Source: Macrostomum hystrix
Lineage: Eukaryota; Animalia; Platyhelminthes
Direction: 5' to 3'
Length of the DNA: 64,000 nucleotides
Assembly (NCBI GenBank): GCA_950097015.1
Contig: CATNEN010000040.1
Span: forward strand, 248,001 to 312,000
Of this stretch, positions 39,603 to 50,255 are shown one piece after another. The translations under genes were made by a program, and so were the position numbers. Positions within the stretch are counted from its first letter, which is position 1. Every line of letters starts with the position of its first letter. Under the pieces are notes generated by a model. It had not been told where the DNA came from, did no database searches, and saw only the letters and a list, made by a program, of their open reading frames with translations.

Positions 39603-41266
39603 CTAGCGATTATAATCAATGCCGAGCAGGTGCAGATCCTGGATTGACCTTCGTGCAACTCGGTGCAGGGCTTCGGCCACCGCATAGTCCCTCAGGTAGC
39701 GCCACTCTCTGTGTGACTGCGGCAGCTGATCTAGAGCTGTCAGCGAATGGCCGTAGATCTCCCTGATGCGCTTCAGACTGCCAGCTGACAGGTAGCGGCT
39801 GGACAGGTGAAGCAGCAGGTGCGCGTAGCACAATGCGGACAACAGCTCCGACTTGATGTCTGCCAATATGCGCCTCAGACTGAAAGCGAAACAGTTTCTT
39901 TTGAAATGAATATTTTCGGTTTCGGGGTGATATGGAACAGGATATTGGATGAAAATGAGCGGAATTTCGGGTGATGAAATAGTGAGATTTTTAAGTGGAG
40001 AAGAAGTGGGCATATTGGGCGGAAGATAATGGGGACATTGCGTGGAAGTTTATGGGATATTGGGCGGAAGATTATGGGATATTGGGTAGGAGATAATGGG
40101 AATATTGGGCAGAAGATTATGGGATATTGGGCGGAAGATTATGGGGATATTGGGCGGAAGATTATGGGGATATTGGGCGGAAGATTATGGGGATATTGTG
40201 CAGAAGACAATGGGATATTAGGCGGAAGAAAATTGGATACATGGTGGAAAGGAAAAGAAGTAATGAGTTGAGAAAACAAATTATGAGCAATTAAATAGTG
40301 TACGAGCACATGATTGGTATGGCACGGGAAGGAATTTGCGCTCACTGGGAGGTGGCTGATCCCTGCCGCTCGTTCTCCTCCAGTTCCTCAGCAACCAAGC
40401 AGGCCACGGCCAGTCTGTTGAACAGCTGCACGAATCGGTCATTGCTGTTCGCCATTGCAATTGTGAGCTCAAACGACGTCGTAGCGGCTGGCAGGGTCTT
40501 GCTCCTCAGCCGGCTGGTGAACACACGGTCCTGGTAGCTGGTCATCCAGAGCATCGCTTGAGTCAGGTGCTTCTTGACTAGGCCAATGCCTCTGGCTAGC
40601 GAGCCTGCATGTTAGGGTAGGTGACCATTGTGCCGCTTGTTTGAGCTTAGAATTCGGTGGGAGAGGAGAGAACAAGAGGAATGACAAATGCCACCCTACC
40701 AGGAATCCCGACATGCCGACATCTCACCTTGCGGGGAATCCCGACACGCCGACATCTCACCTATTGGGAACCCAGACACGCCGACATCTCACCTATTGGG
40801 AACCCAGACACGCCGACATCTCACCTATTGGGAACCCAGACACGCCGACATCTCACCTATTGGGAACCCAGACACGCCGACATCTCACCTATTGGGAACC
40901 CAGACACGCCGACATCTCACCTATTGGGAACCCAGACACGCCGACATCTCACCTATTGGGAACCCAGACACGCCGACATCTCACCTATTGGGAACCCAGA
41001 CACGCCGACATCTCACCTATTGGGAACCCAGACACGCCGACATCTCACCTATTGGGAACCCAGACACGCCGACATCTCACCTACCTACCTTTCGGGAGAA
41101 TCCCGAAACGCCGAAATATGATTTTGAGCCGCGTACCTGATTGCTGAGCATCAGTCAGGTGGACTTGGAAGCAGACATTCACAACAGACACAGGACGGCC
41201 AAGCACCGGGTAGCACAGGGCTAACAACAGAACAGGCGCCAGGATTGTTGACACTCGGGTTGCCAT
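39603..41266 (-). CDS. Secreted four-helix-bundle cytokine-like protein B (221 aa, 3 exons), CNTF/IL-6-family-like
   Basis: Exons 41266-41137, 40604-40346, 39879-39603 (phases 1,2) give 666 nt. Signal peptide MATRVSTILAPVLLLALCYPVLG, helix-A-like RGIGLVKKHL, helix-D-like RDYAVAEALHRVARRSIQDL. The gene model is well supported; the family assignment is motif-based. Confidence 0.78.
40010..40225. repeat. ~22-bp repeat (gggatattgggcggaagattat)n in intron 2 of cytokine-like B
   Basis: Read directly. Confidence 0.85.
40740..41085. repeat. 32-bp minisatellite (gacacgccgacatctcacctattgggaaccca)n in intron 1 of cytokine-like B
   Basis: About 11 essentially identical copies. Confidence 0.96.
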
Positions 41267-41964
41267 GACAATTCTCGGGAAAACAAATCAAATATTTCGA
41301 TATAGGAGCACAGCTGAAGTCCAGAGCGCGGATGCAGTTTTTATCGTGTTGCAGTCTCACTGAGTCCCGTGATAGATTTGGAAATTCCATGATAACACCG
41401 ACCGCAGGAAACAGGAACTGGCACAGAAGAAAGTAAGAGTGCTTTGGAAATCCCAAGGATATTGTTGAAGTTGGTTTAAAATAGGCAACAACTTTCTGTG
41501 CAAAAAATAATTGAAATGCCGCACAGGAAAGCTTTGTGCGCCGAAACGAATTTCTCATTCCCGCCTGCTCTGCGCGCGCACAAGTCCTGGATAGAAAGGT
41601 GAATGAACTTTTCTGCTCCGATGTTTCCAAGAAATAGTTGCCTTTCTAGCTCGCATGCGAGTGCGCGCGTGGGCGGGCGCATGAGCGAACAGGCGGCCTA
41701 AAAATAGACCAAATTCATTGGCTTTGCTTGAGTTCCTATTTTACGCTGCAGAATGAACGAAAATGAAAATGAATGAAAGAATGTGTATTTCAAATCACAA
41801 GTACATGTGCAGGCAAAATTATGCATTAATACTCGTACATATATAAATATAAATCATTAATTAATTAGGCGCCTTATCAATGCTTTACATTTCATTAATG
41901 CCTCATTTAGACCTTATAGCATTACTGTAATATGAATCATGTAAACTGATCTGTGTGTAAAATT

Positions 41965-42112
41965 GAACACACACTGAAGGATGGGGAATGGCTGAACACA
42001 CACTGAAGGATGGGGAATGGCTGAACACACACTGAAGGATGGGGAATGGCTGAGCACACACTGAAGGATGGGGAATGGCTGAACACACACTGAAGGATGG
42101 GGAATGGCTGAA
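41965..42112. repeat. 29-bp repeat family Z, array 1 (ctgaacacacactgaaggatggggaatgg)n
   Basis: Five copies; related to the array at 44010. Confidence 0.9.
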
Positions 42113-42217
42113 TAACCGAATACGAAATGATGCTCTGAAGTTGCAATCACAGTTTTACAAGTTAAATTATATGGAAAATGCACACTGATCACAGCTTGTG
42201 GACTATTGTGAGTGAGT

Positions 42218-43227
42218 TCAGTTGTCTCTGTGCAGTCTTAAGTCTGCGGCAATGTTCGCGGCCAACTGTTGAGCGGCCTTCAGCAGGCTCTCGAGCACAG
42301 CGAATGCTCGCACGAATCCGAGCTCTCGCTCGCTGTGTGGCACCGGCGACGGCAGGTCTGGCAGCGGGTTGGCCGATGCAGGCGACCCAGCCCTGTCCAC
42401 GCCAAGCCAGTAGCGGATGTACTCCAGAGCTGTGTACAGCTCCTTCCGGATAAGCTCAAGCTCGTTTTTCCAGCTGTATGAAAAAGGCAAAGTAATGTTT
42501 TGTTAAATCTCACAGAGATCTCGGTAGAATCTCACTGGAATCTCACTGGATCACTGGAATCTCACTAGAATCTCACTAGAATCTCACTAGAATCTCACTA
42601 GAATCTCACTAGAATCTCACTAGAATCTCACTGGAATCACACTCGAATCTCACTGGAATCTCACTAGAATCTCACTAGAATCACACTGGAATCGCACTAG
42701 AATCTCACTGGAATCGCACTAGAATCTCACTAGAATCTCATTAGAATCTTACTGGAATCACACTCGAATCTCACTGGAATCTCACTAGAATCTCAACTAG
42801 AATCACACTGGAATCGCACTAGAATCTCACTGGAATCGCACTAGAATCTCACTAGAATCTCATTAGAATCTCACTAGAATATGAGAACTCACCTGGCGTC
42901 GTGCTCCTGACTTTCCATCTTGGGCAGCAGCTGAAGCAACCGGTCCAGATCCTCTGCGGCGCTGTCGCCGTTTCTCAGCGATTCCGCTAGGTCTCTGAGA
43001 GCAGCTGGCATCTCCTTGTTCATCAGTCGTTGACTTTTCAGCCTGGCCAGGAAGGCTCGAGTTTTGTTGACTCCCGAATCCAGGTGCTTTCTCGCCAGAC
43101 CCATGGCTCTCAGGGCCGTTGAGGACTGCCGCGCGGCCTGTGGAGCTGGGGCGGCCTGAACTCCAACTTGTCGGGGCTGAAAGAGAAGAAGCGGCAGCAG
43201 CAGCAGCAGCAGCAGCAGCGGTGGCAT
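42218..43227 (-). CDS. Secreted four-helix-bundle cytokine-like protein A (196 aa, 2 exons), paralog of B
   Basis: Exons 43227-42893 and 42473-42218 (phase 2) give 591 nt. Signal peptide MPPLLLLLLLLPLLLF..VQA. Blocks RAMGLARKHL, KEMPAA, ELYTALEY and RELGFVRAFAVLESL align with protein B. Confidence 0.8.
42525..42880. repeat. 11-12-bp repeat (ctagaatctca)n in the intron of cytokine-like A
   Basis: Read directly. Confidence 0.93.
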
Positions 43228-44009
43228 TGAAGCCAGTCGATGAAAACCTCTGTACCAGAGAAGCATTCTATATTCTTACAGCCTTTATTGTTTAGTTTAG
43301 AATCGGTTATTAGTTCTGTTTTAAAAGGGAAGGAGGAATCGCTGCAATTTATAGCCCAGCTTGTCAGCGATGACAGCGGGACTCCCTCGCCAGGCATTGG
43401 AATTACCAACTTCTGCTTGGCGATAAGTCCGCAATGCGACATCGGAATTCCCGAGGCTCTCCGCAAATGTCAGGTGCAGTGCTCACTGCCTGCTCTAAAA
43501 TATCACCTATTGAGCAGCACTGATATGACAGCTAAGTTGCTGAGTGAGATAAATAGCCTGGCGCGCAGTCGAAGGCTGAAAAAGAAAGCGAGAGTGGACT
43601 GGACTAATCGGAAATTCCTATTGGATTTTCTGGCCCAGGGCTAACGGACATTGGTTAGGGGGAACCGCTGTGAGGCCGACAGTTCCTGGAAATTTGGCTC
43701 TCGCTTTTTCTTGTGATTTCTATTCAGATTCGAGTGCATTGCGTGAGAAACTAAACTTCAATATAATTATTAGCGTAACAATGAAATTTTGTCAAGCGAA
43801 AAATATTAAGTTCCACTCGTTCGACAATATTATATACGATATACAATATTGTATTGAAACATTGAAACTAAATACGAGAATACATATTATTAATTCATTA
43901 AAATTCTGTTTTAAGTCAAAAATGAAAAAAAAACTTTACATTTCTTTTAGCTTGAAAAAAACTGAATTCAAAATTAGTTTTGTGATTCATTTTGTCACAA
44001 TAATATGAT

Positions 44010-44535
44010 CTGAGCTGAGCACACTGAAGGATGGGGGGATGGGAGCTGAGCACACTGAAAGATGGGGGATGGGAGCTGCACACACTGAAGAATGGGGGAT
44101 GGGAGCTGAGCACTCACTGAAAATGGGGGATGGGAGCTGAGCACTCACTGAAAATGGGGGATGGGAGCTGAGCACTCACTGAAAATGGGGGATGGGAGCT
44201 GAGCACTCACTAAAGGATGGGGGATGGGAGCTGAGCACTCACTGAAAATGGGGGATGGGAGCTGAGCACTCACTGAAAATGGGGGATGGGAGCTGAGCAC
44301 TCACTAAAGGATGGGGGATGAGAGCTGAGCACAACACTGAAAAATGGGGGATGGGAGCTGAGCACTCACTGAAGGATGGGGGATGAGAGCTGAGCACAAC
44401 ACTGAAAAATGGGGGGGTGGGAGCTGAGAACACTGAAGGATGGGGATGGGAGCTGAGCACTCACTGAAGGATGGGGGATGGAAGCTGAGCACACTGAAGG
44501 ATGGGGATGGGAGCTGAGCACAATGAAGGATGGTG
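44010..44535. repeat. ~30-bp repeat family Z, array 2 (gagctgagcactcactgaaratgggggatgg)n
   Basis: Read directly; same orientation as array 1. Confidence 0.9.
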
Positions 44536-45349
44536 GGAAGTCTAAAAGCACAGTAAACAGAAAGTATTTCGCTGAAGCCGAAGAAACTGCCACTCACTAC
44601 CATTAGAAGATGTTAAATTTCGTATTGCAAAATATTTTAGGAAGTTTTTTAGGTAGCTTTCTTAGCTTTTCACACCAGCTTTGTGTTTTTTAAAGTCATC
44701 CGTCGGTTCTGCTTTGAAGTCTGCATAACGAAAGCTAGCGAGTTTTAGTCCAGTGGCGTGGCTGTATGTGTAAAATGAATTCATATACGAAGTAGGTCCA
44801 TCTTCAATTCCAGAGAGGCTGTTCAAATCGATATTTCCCATTCAAATAATGTTAAGATTAAAATATATAACTTTAAGTACTTTAAGTTATACCAACTCAT
44901 GCAGGTGAAGTGTGAAATCTCTGGTGTATAAGTGAAATTTCTATTTCAATTCAGATAAGCAATAATGCTCAGCGGCAGGCGATAAGACTCACTGGCAACT
45001 CACCTATTTGGTTGCTGTGTCCGTAACTGGGACAGAATGCATGCATAAAGAATTATTCTTACAGTTAATTGATGGGACAACAAATAATCAGATCATACAG
45101 TATAAGCACAATAATTTCCTGCGAGAAGGGCTGTTTCACGATTGAGTGAAGAAGATTCAAGCAAAATTTTTCTTTTTTTGGATTCCCTTGACGTAAATGA
45201 GCTTTTTAATGTAGGAAGAGGCATTGGCCAATTAAACACAAGCAAAAGCGAACAGTAAAAACTTTTGAACATAAAATAAACTGACTGACTGCACTAGCAG
45301 CATTGCTGGATGGCGGCAATTTGGCAAACCTTTCACTCATGCGGTTTAT

Positions 45350-45990
45350 TAGATAGATTAGCAATCCATTCCAATCCCCCATCCATTGGATAGATTAGCA
45401 ATCCATTCCAATCCCCCATCCATTGGATAGATTAGCAATCCATTCCAATCCCCCATCCATTGGATAGATTAGCAATCCATTCCAATCCCCCATCCATTGG
45501 ATAGATTAGCAATCCATTCCAATCCCCCATCCATTGGATAGATTAGCAATCCATTCCAATCCCCCATCCATTGGATAGATTAGCAATCCATTCCAATCCC
45601 CCATCCATTGGATAGATTAGCAATCCATTCCAATCCCCCATCCATTGGATAGATTAGCAATCCATTCCAATCCCCCATCCATTGGATAGATTAGCAATCC
45701 ATTCCAATCCCCCATCCATTGGATAGATTAGCAATCCATTCCAATCCCCCATCCATTGGATAGATTAGCAATCCATTCCAATCCCCCATCCATTGGATAG
45801 ATTAGCAATCCATTCCAACCCCCCATCCATTGGATAGATTAGCAATCCATTCCAACCCCCCATCCATTGGATAGATTAGCAATCCATTCCAATCCCCCAT
45901 CCATTGGATAGATTAGCAATCCATTCCAATCCCCCATCCATTGGATAGATTAGAATACATTCTATTCCTTCAACCTATGGGATAGTTTAG
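45350..45990 (+). repeat. 37-bp minisatellite family X, array 2 (gatagattagcaatccattccaatcccccatccattg)n
   Basis: Variant unit sharing gatagattagcaatccatt; the final copy reverts towards the array-1 type. Confidence 0.96.
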
Positions 45991-46079
45991 CCACCTACCG
46001 AGTCTATTTCCTTCGTTCTTCAAACTGGAGCATGGAAAAAGCAAGAAAAATTATATGGAGAATATTCCGTCAATAAGTG

Positions 46080-47183
46080 TTAGTAGACGCCCTGCTTTAA
46101 TTCCACGACGCTAATCCCGTCAAATTTAGACCCGGCCTGCACAAGGGTTCGTCCGACATCTGTGTCTAGCCAATCAGGTGCCAGCTCACGCAGGGTCGCA
46201 GCCAATCGGCGCCCAGTGACGTCATCAGGCATTACAGCGTGCAGCCAATCGTAGCGCGCCGGCCCGGATAGAATCAGAACACTGCGCGGCGGCATCGGAA
46301 TGCGGATGTGAGCGGAGCCGGCTGATTGGCTGCCCGGACTGAGGGTCAGATAGGTGGGGCTGCACAGGTTCAATGTGACAAGCCGTTCGCCCCACAACCA
46401 GGTGTCGTCAATGTGGGGATCAATGTGGGCGCCCATCTCGGCTCGGTAGTCCAAATTGCACAGCTCCACGGGGCGGAAGTCGGCCAGCCCGGGCAGGCGC
46501 AGCAGGCGGGGCAGAATGCCGGACCAGTAGGACGGCAGGCCAGTGAAACTAGCCGGGTTTACGCGGCGCTTCTTGAAGTTCACCTTCGGCCCGTAGTCCT
46601 GGCATGGTGCGGGCGTTTTAAGGGCGGGATAATCCCTCATCTGCTTGCCTTGACTCCACCTGAATCTCTCTCGACTCCCCCTGAATCTCTCTCGACTCCC
46701 CCTGAATGTCTCTCGACTCCACCTGAATCTCTCTCGACTCCCCCTGAATCTCTCTCGACTCCCTCTGAGTCTCTCTCGACCCCCCTGAGTCTCTCCCACC
46801 CACCAGAAAGCTACCTGCTTTCTCCGACCCGATTGAGACGGCGCCCAGGGCCGGCGATCGATTTCTGCCGCCAGTGCCGCCTCTTCCTCGGGACTGAGAA
46901 AATTCGGGAACACTCGAATGCCTTCGAGTCCCAGCACCTCGGCCTGACCCTCGCAGTGGCCGCTTTCGTGATCCGGCGTCGCCCGGATCGCCTGACAGTC
47001 GATGCAAAAGTGCAGAATTGGCAGCGCCTGGCGTGACTCAGTCTCACAGCTGGGCTGAGCAACCAGCGGCAGCTGTTTGGCAGCACAGCAGAGTCGGCAG
47101 GCGCGGATGCCCTTGCAGCCGCAGCCGATGCCGCAGCCGACGTCGACTGATGAGGACGAGGAGACAGCTGGGCAGGCTGCCAT
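46080..47183 (-). CDS. ALKBH4: Alpha-ketoglutarate-dependent dioxygenase ALKBH4 (~295 aa, 2 exons)
   Basis: Exons 47183-46815 and 46598-46080. CGCKGIRACRLC N-terminus; SQSGRRKQ|DYGPKVNFKK joined across the intron; HxD motif HIDPHIDDTWLWGERL, distal H in WLHAV, and R..AT.R. Confidence 0.95.
   Translation of the reverse strand: MAACPAVSSSSSVDVGCGIGCGCKGIRACRLCCAAKQLPLVAQPSCETESRQALPILHFCIDCQAIRATPDHESGHCEGQAEVLGLEGIRVFPNFLSPEEEAALAAEIDRRPWAPSQSGRRKQVAFWWVGETQGGRERLRGSRERFRGSRERFRWSRETFRGSRERFRGSRERFRWSQGKQMRDYPALKTPAPCQDYGPKVNFKKRRVNPASFTGLPSYWSGILPRLLRLPGLADFRPVELCNLDYRAEMGAHIDPHIDDTWLWGERLVTLNLCSPTYLTLSPGSQSAGSAHIRIPMPPRSVLILSGPARYDWLHAVMPDDVTGRRLAATLRELAPDWLDTDVGRTLVQAGSKFDGISVVELKQGVY
46655..46795. 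repeat. 21-bp repeat (cctgaatctctctcgactccc)n in the ALKBH4 intron
   Basis: Read directly. Confidence 0.9.
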
Positions 47184-47189
47184 GTGAGT

Positions 47190-49325
47190 TGAAGGAATAG
47201 AATGGATTGCTAATCTATCCCATGGGTGAGGGAATATAATGGATTGCTAATCTATCCCATTGGTGAAGAAATATAATGGATTGCTAATCTATCCCATGGG
47301 TGAGGGAATAGAATGTATTGCTAATCTATCCCATGGGTGAAGAAAAAGAATGGATTGCTAATCTATCCCATGGGTGAAAGAATAGAATGGATTGCTAATC
47401 TATCCCATGGGTGAAGGAATGGAATGGATTGCTAATCTATCCCATGGGTGAAGGAATAGAATGGATTGCTAATCTATCCCATGGGTGAGGGAATAGAATG
47501 GATTGCTAATCTATCCCATGGGTGAGGGAATAGTGTGGATTGCTAATCTATCCCATGGGTGAGGGAATAGTGTGGATTGCTAATCTATCCCATGGGTGAA
47601 GGAATAGAATGGATTGCTAATCTATCCCATGGGTGAAGGAATAGAATGGATTGCTAGTCTATCCCATGGGTGAGGGAATAGAATGGATTGCTAATCTATC
47701 CCATGGGTGAGGGAATAGAATGGATTGCTAATCTATCCCATGGGTGAAGGAATAGAATGGAAAGCTAATCTATCCCATGGGTGAGGGAATAGAATGGATT
47801 GCTAGTCTATCCCATGGGTGAGGGAATAGAATGGATTGCTAATCTATCCCATGGGTGAGGGAATAGAATGGATTGCTAATCTATCCCATGGGTGAGGGAA
47901 TAGTGTGGATTGCTAATCTATCCCATGGGTGAGGGAATAGAATGGATTGCTAATCTATCCCATGGGTGAGGGAATAGAATGGATTGCTAATCTATCCCAT
48001 GGGTGAAGGAATAGAATGGATTGCTAATCTATCCCATGGGTGAGGGAATAGAATGGATTGCTAATCTATCCCATGGGTGAGGGAATAGAATGGATTGCTA
48101 ATCTATCCCATGGGTGAAGGAATAGAATGGAAAGCTAATCTATCCCATGGGTGAGGGAATAGAATGGATTGCTAGTCTATCCCATGGTCGAGGGAATAGA
48201 ATGGATTGCTAATCTATCCAATGGGTGAGGGAATAGAATGGATTGCTAATCTATCCCATGGGTGAAGAAATAGAATGGATTGCTAATCTATCCCATGGGT
48301 GGAGGAATAGAATGGAAAGCTAATCTATCCCATGGGTGAGGGAATAGAATGGATTGCTAATCTATCCCATGGGTGAGGGAATAGAATGGATTGCTAATCT
48401 ATCCCATGGGTGAGGGAATAGAATGGATTGCTAATCTATCCCATGGGTGAGGGAATAGAATGGATTGCTAATCTATCCCATGGGTGAAGGAATATAATGG
48501 ATTGCTAATCTATCCCATAGGTGGAGGAATAGAATGGAAAGCTAATCTATCCCATGGGTGAGGGAATAGAATGGATTGCTAATCTATCCCATGGGTGAGG
48601 GAATAGAATGGATTGCTAATCTATCCCATGGGTGAAGGAATAGAATGGATTGCTAATCTATCCCATGGGTGGAGGAATAGAATGGAAAGCTAATCTATCC
48701 CATGGGTAAGGGAATAGAATGGATTGCTAATCTATCCCATGGGTGAGGGAATAGAATGGATTGCTAATCTATCCCATGGGTGAGGGAATAGAATGGATTG
48801 CTAGTCTATCCCATGGGTGAGGGAATAGAATGGATTGCTAGTCTATCCCATGGGTGAGGGAATAGAATGGATTGCTAATCTATCCCATGGGTGAGGGAAT
48901 AGTGTGGATTGCTAATCTATCCCATGGGTGAGGGAATAGAATGGATTGCTAATCTATCCCATGGGTGAGGGAATAGAATGGATTGCTAATCTATCCCATG
49001 GGTGAAGGAATAGAATGGATTGCTAATCTATCCCATGGGTGAAGGAATAGAATGGATTGCTAGTCTATCCCATGGGTGAGGGAATAGAATGGATTGCTAA
49101 TCTATCCCATGGGTGAGGGAATAGAATGGATTGCTAATCTATCCCATGGGTGAAGGAATAGAATGGAAAGCTAATCTATCCCATGGGTGAAGGAATAGAA
49201 TGGATTGCTAATCTATCCCATGGGTGAAGGAATAGAATGGATTGCTAATCTATCCCATGGGTGAGGGAATAGAATGGAAAAGCTAATCTATCCCATGGGT
49301 GAGGGAATAGTGTGGATTGCTAAAA
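47190..49325 (-). repeat. 37-bp minisatellite family X, array 3 (inverted)
   Basis: Reverse complement of the array-1 unit; about 57 copies filling the LYRM9-ALKBH4 gap. Confidence 0.97.
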
Positions 49326-49426
49326 TAGCCTACACAGTGAAGGAATAAAATTGATCGATTGTGACAAATTAAATAGTGAAAAACTATTACCTAGCAGAGA
49401 AGCAGGGTCAAAGACTTGTGCCCCTG

Positions 49427-49788
49427 TCATTTGTCAGTCTTTTGATGTTGTTGCTGCTGTTTAGCGTACTGAAAAGAATTCAGATGCCGTATTGTCTAAA
49501 ATCAATCTGAATAACAGTTTATCGATTCGGAATCTAGATGAATGTTATGCCTACACAAACTAGCGAGCCTATACAAACCTTGTTCACTACCCAGTCAGCA
49601 TCGAGCAGAGCCCGATCGATAATCTGGCGGATCCTATCCGGATCGGTCTCGTCGGAGTGACTGTTGTAGGCCTGGCGAATATAATTAGAATAGTAGGGCC
49701 TGGCGTTGCTGGGCAGGGTGCGCACCAGTCTGAGCAAGTGCCTGTACAGCTGCAGCGGAGTGCGGATAGTGCGGAGGCCAACGCCTGC
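49427..49788 (-). CDS. LYRM9: LYR motif-containing protein 9 (~84 aa including an initiator Met not encoded at the acceptor)
   Basis: Exons 49788-49579 and 49468-49427: AGVGLRTIRTPLQLYRHLLRLVRTLP..YIRQAYNSHSDETDPDRIRQIIDRALLDADWVVNK|YAKQQQQHQKTDK*. Matches LYRM9 ([38 protein letters not shown]). Confidence 0.9.
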
Positions 49789-49885
49789 CTAAAACAGAAT
49801 GCAAGCAAACACATGCTAATATTTCTACTTATAGTAGTGTGTTCATAAAATGACATTTTTCAGTTTTTCTAGCTCAAGTTTAAGT

Positions 49886-50255
49886 GGAGGTGAGTGACAG
49901 AGCGGTTAACGCGTCTGCCTCTCGTGCCAAGGTCCCGGAGTTCGATTCCGAACGAGGCCACATTTATTTGGGGCGCAGCCGCGGAGAGAAGGCTTGGGGG
50001 CTTGTCGTACAATTTACGCCCTTGAGGGCCAACTTCCAAGGCACAGTGAGAGTGTACACTGCCTGACGATGAGAAAGTTAGGGCAGATGTACACACCTGT
50101 GAGTGTGTGCCTGCGTTTCAGTATCTATGTGCGTGTGCTCAGGGGTCAGCGAATTGTGCAGAATCTTCTCCTCGCTGTCTGCGGGTCTAATGTCACTAAA
50201 TGATGTCCCATCGCAGACAGCCCTCCTGCTATTAATATATTTATTACTATTTAAT
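49886..50255 (+). mobile_element. SINE family A, copy 4, flanked by a ~77-bp direct duplication
   Basis: A-box TGACAGAGCGG, B-box GAGTTCGATTCC and AT tail. Flanks 49809-49885 and 50259-50336 are near-duplicates. Confidence 0.88.

Noticed and set aside
47160-47190. SL-AUG addition at atggcag|CCTGCC for ALKBH4
   Set aside because: This would be out of frame with the ALKBH4 domain; the gene has its own in-frame ATG at 47183.
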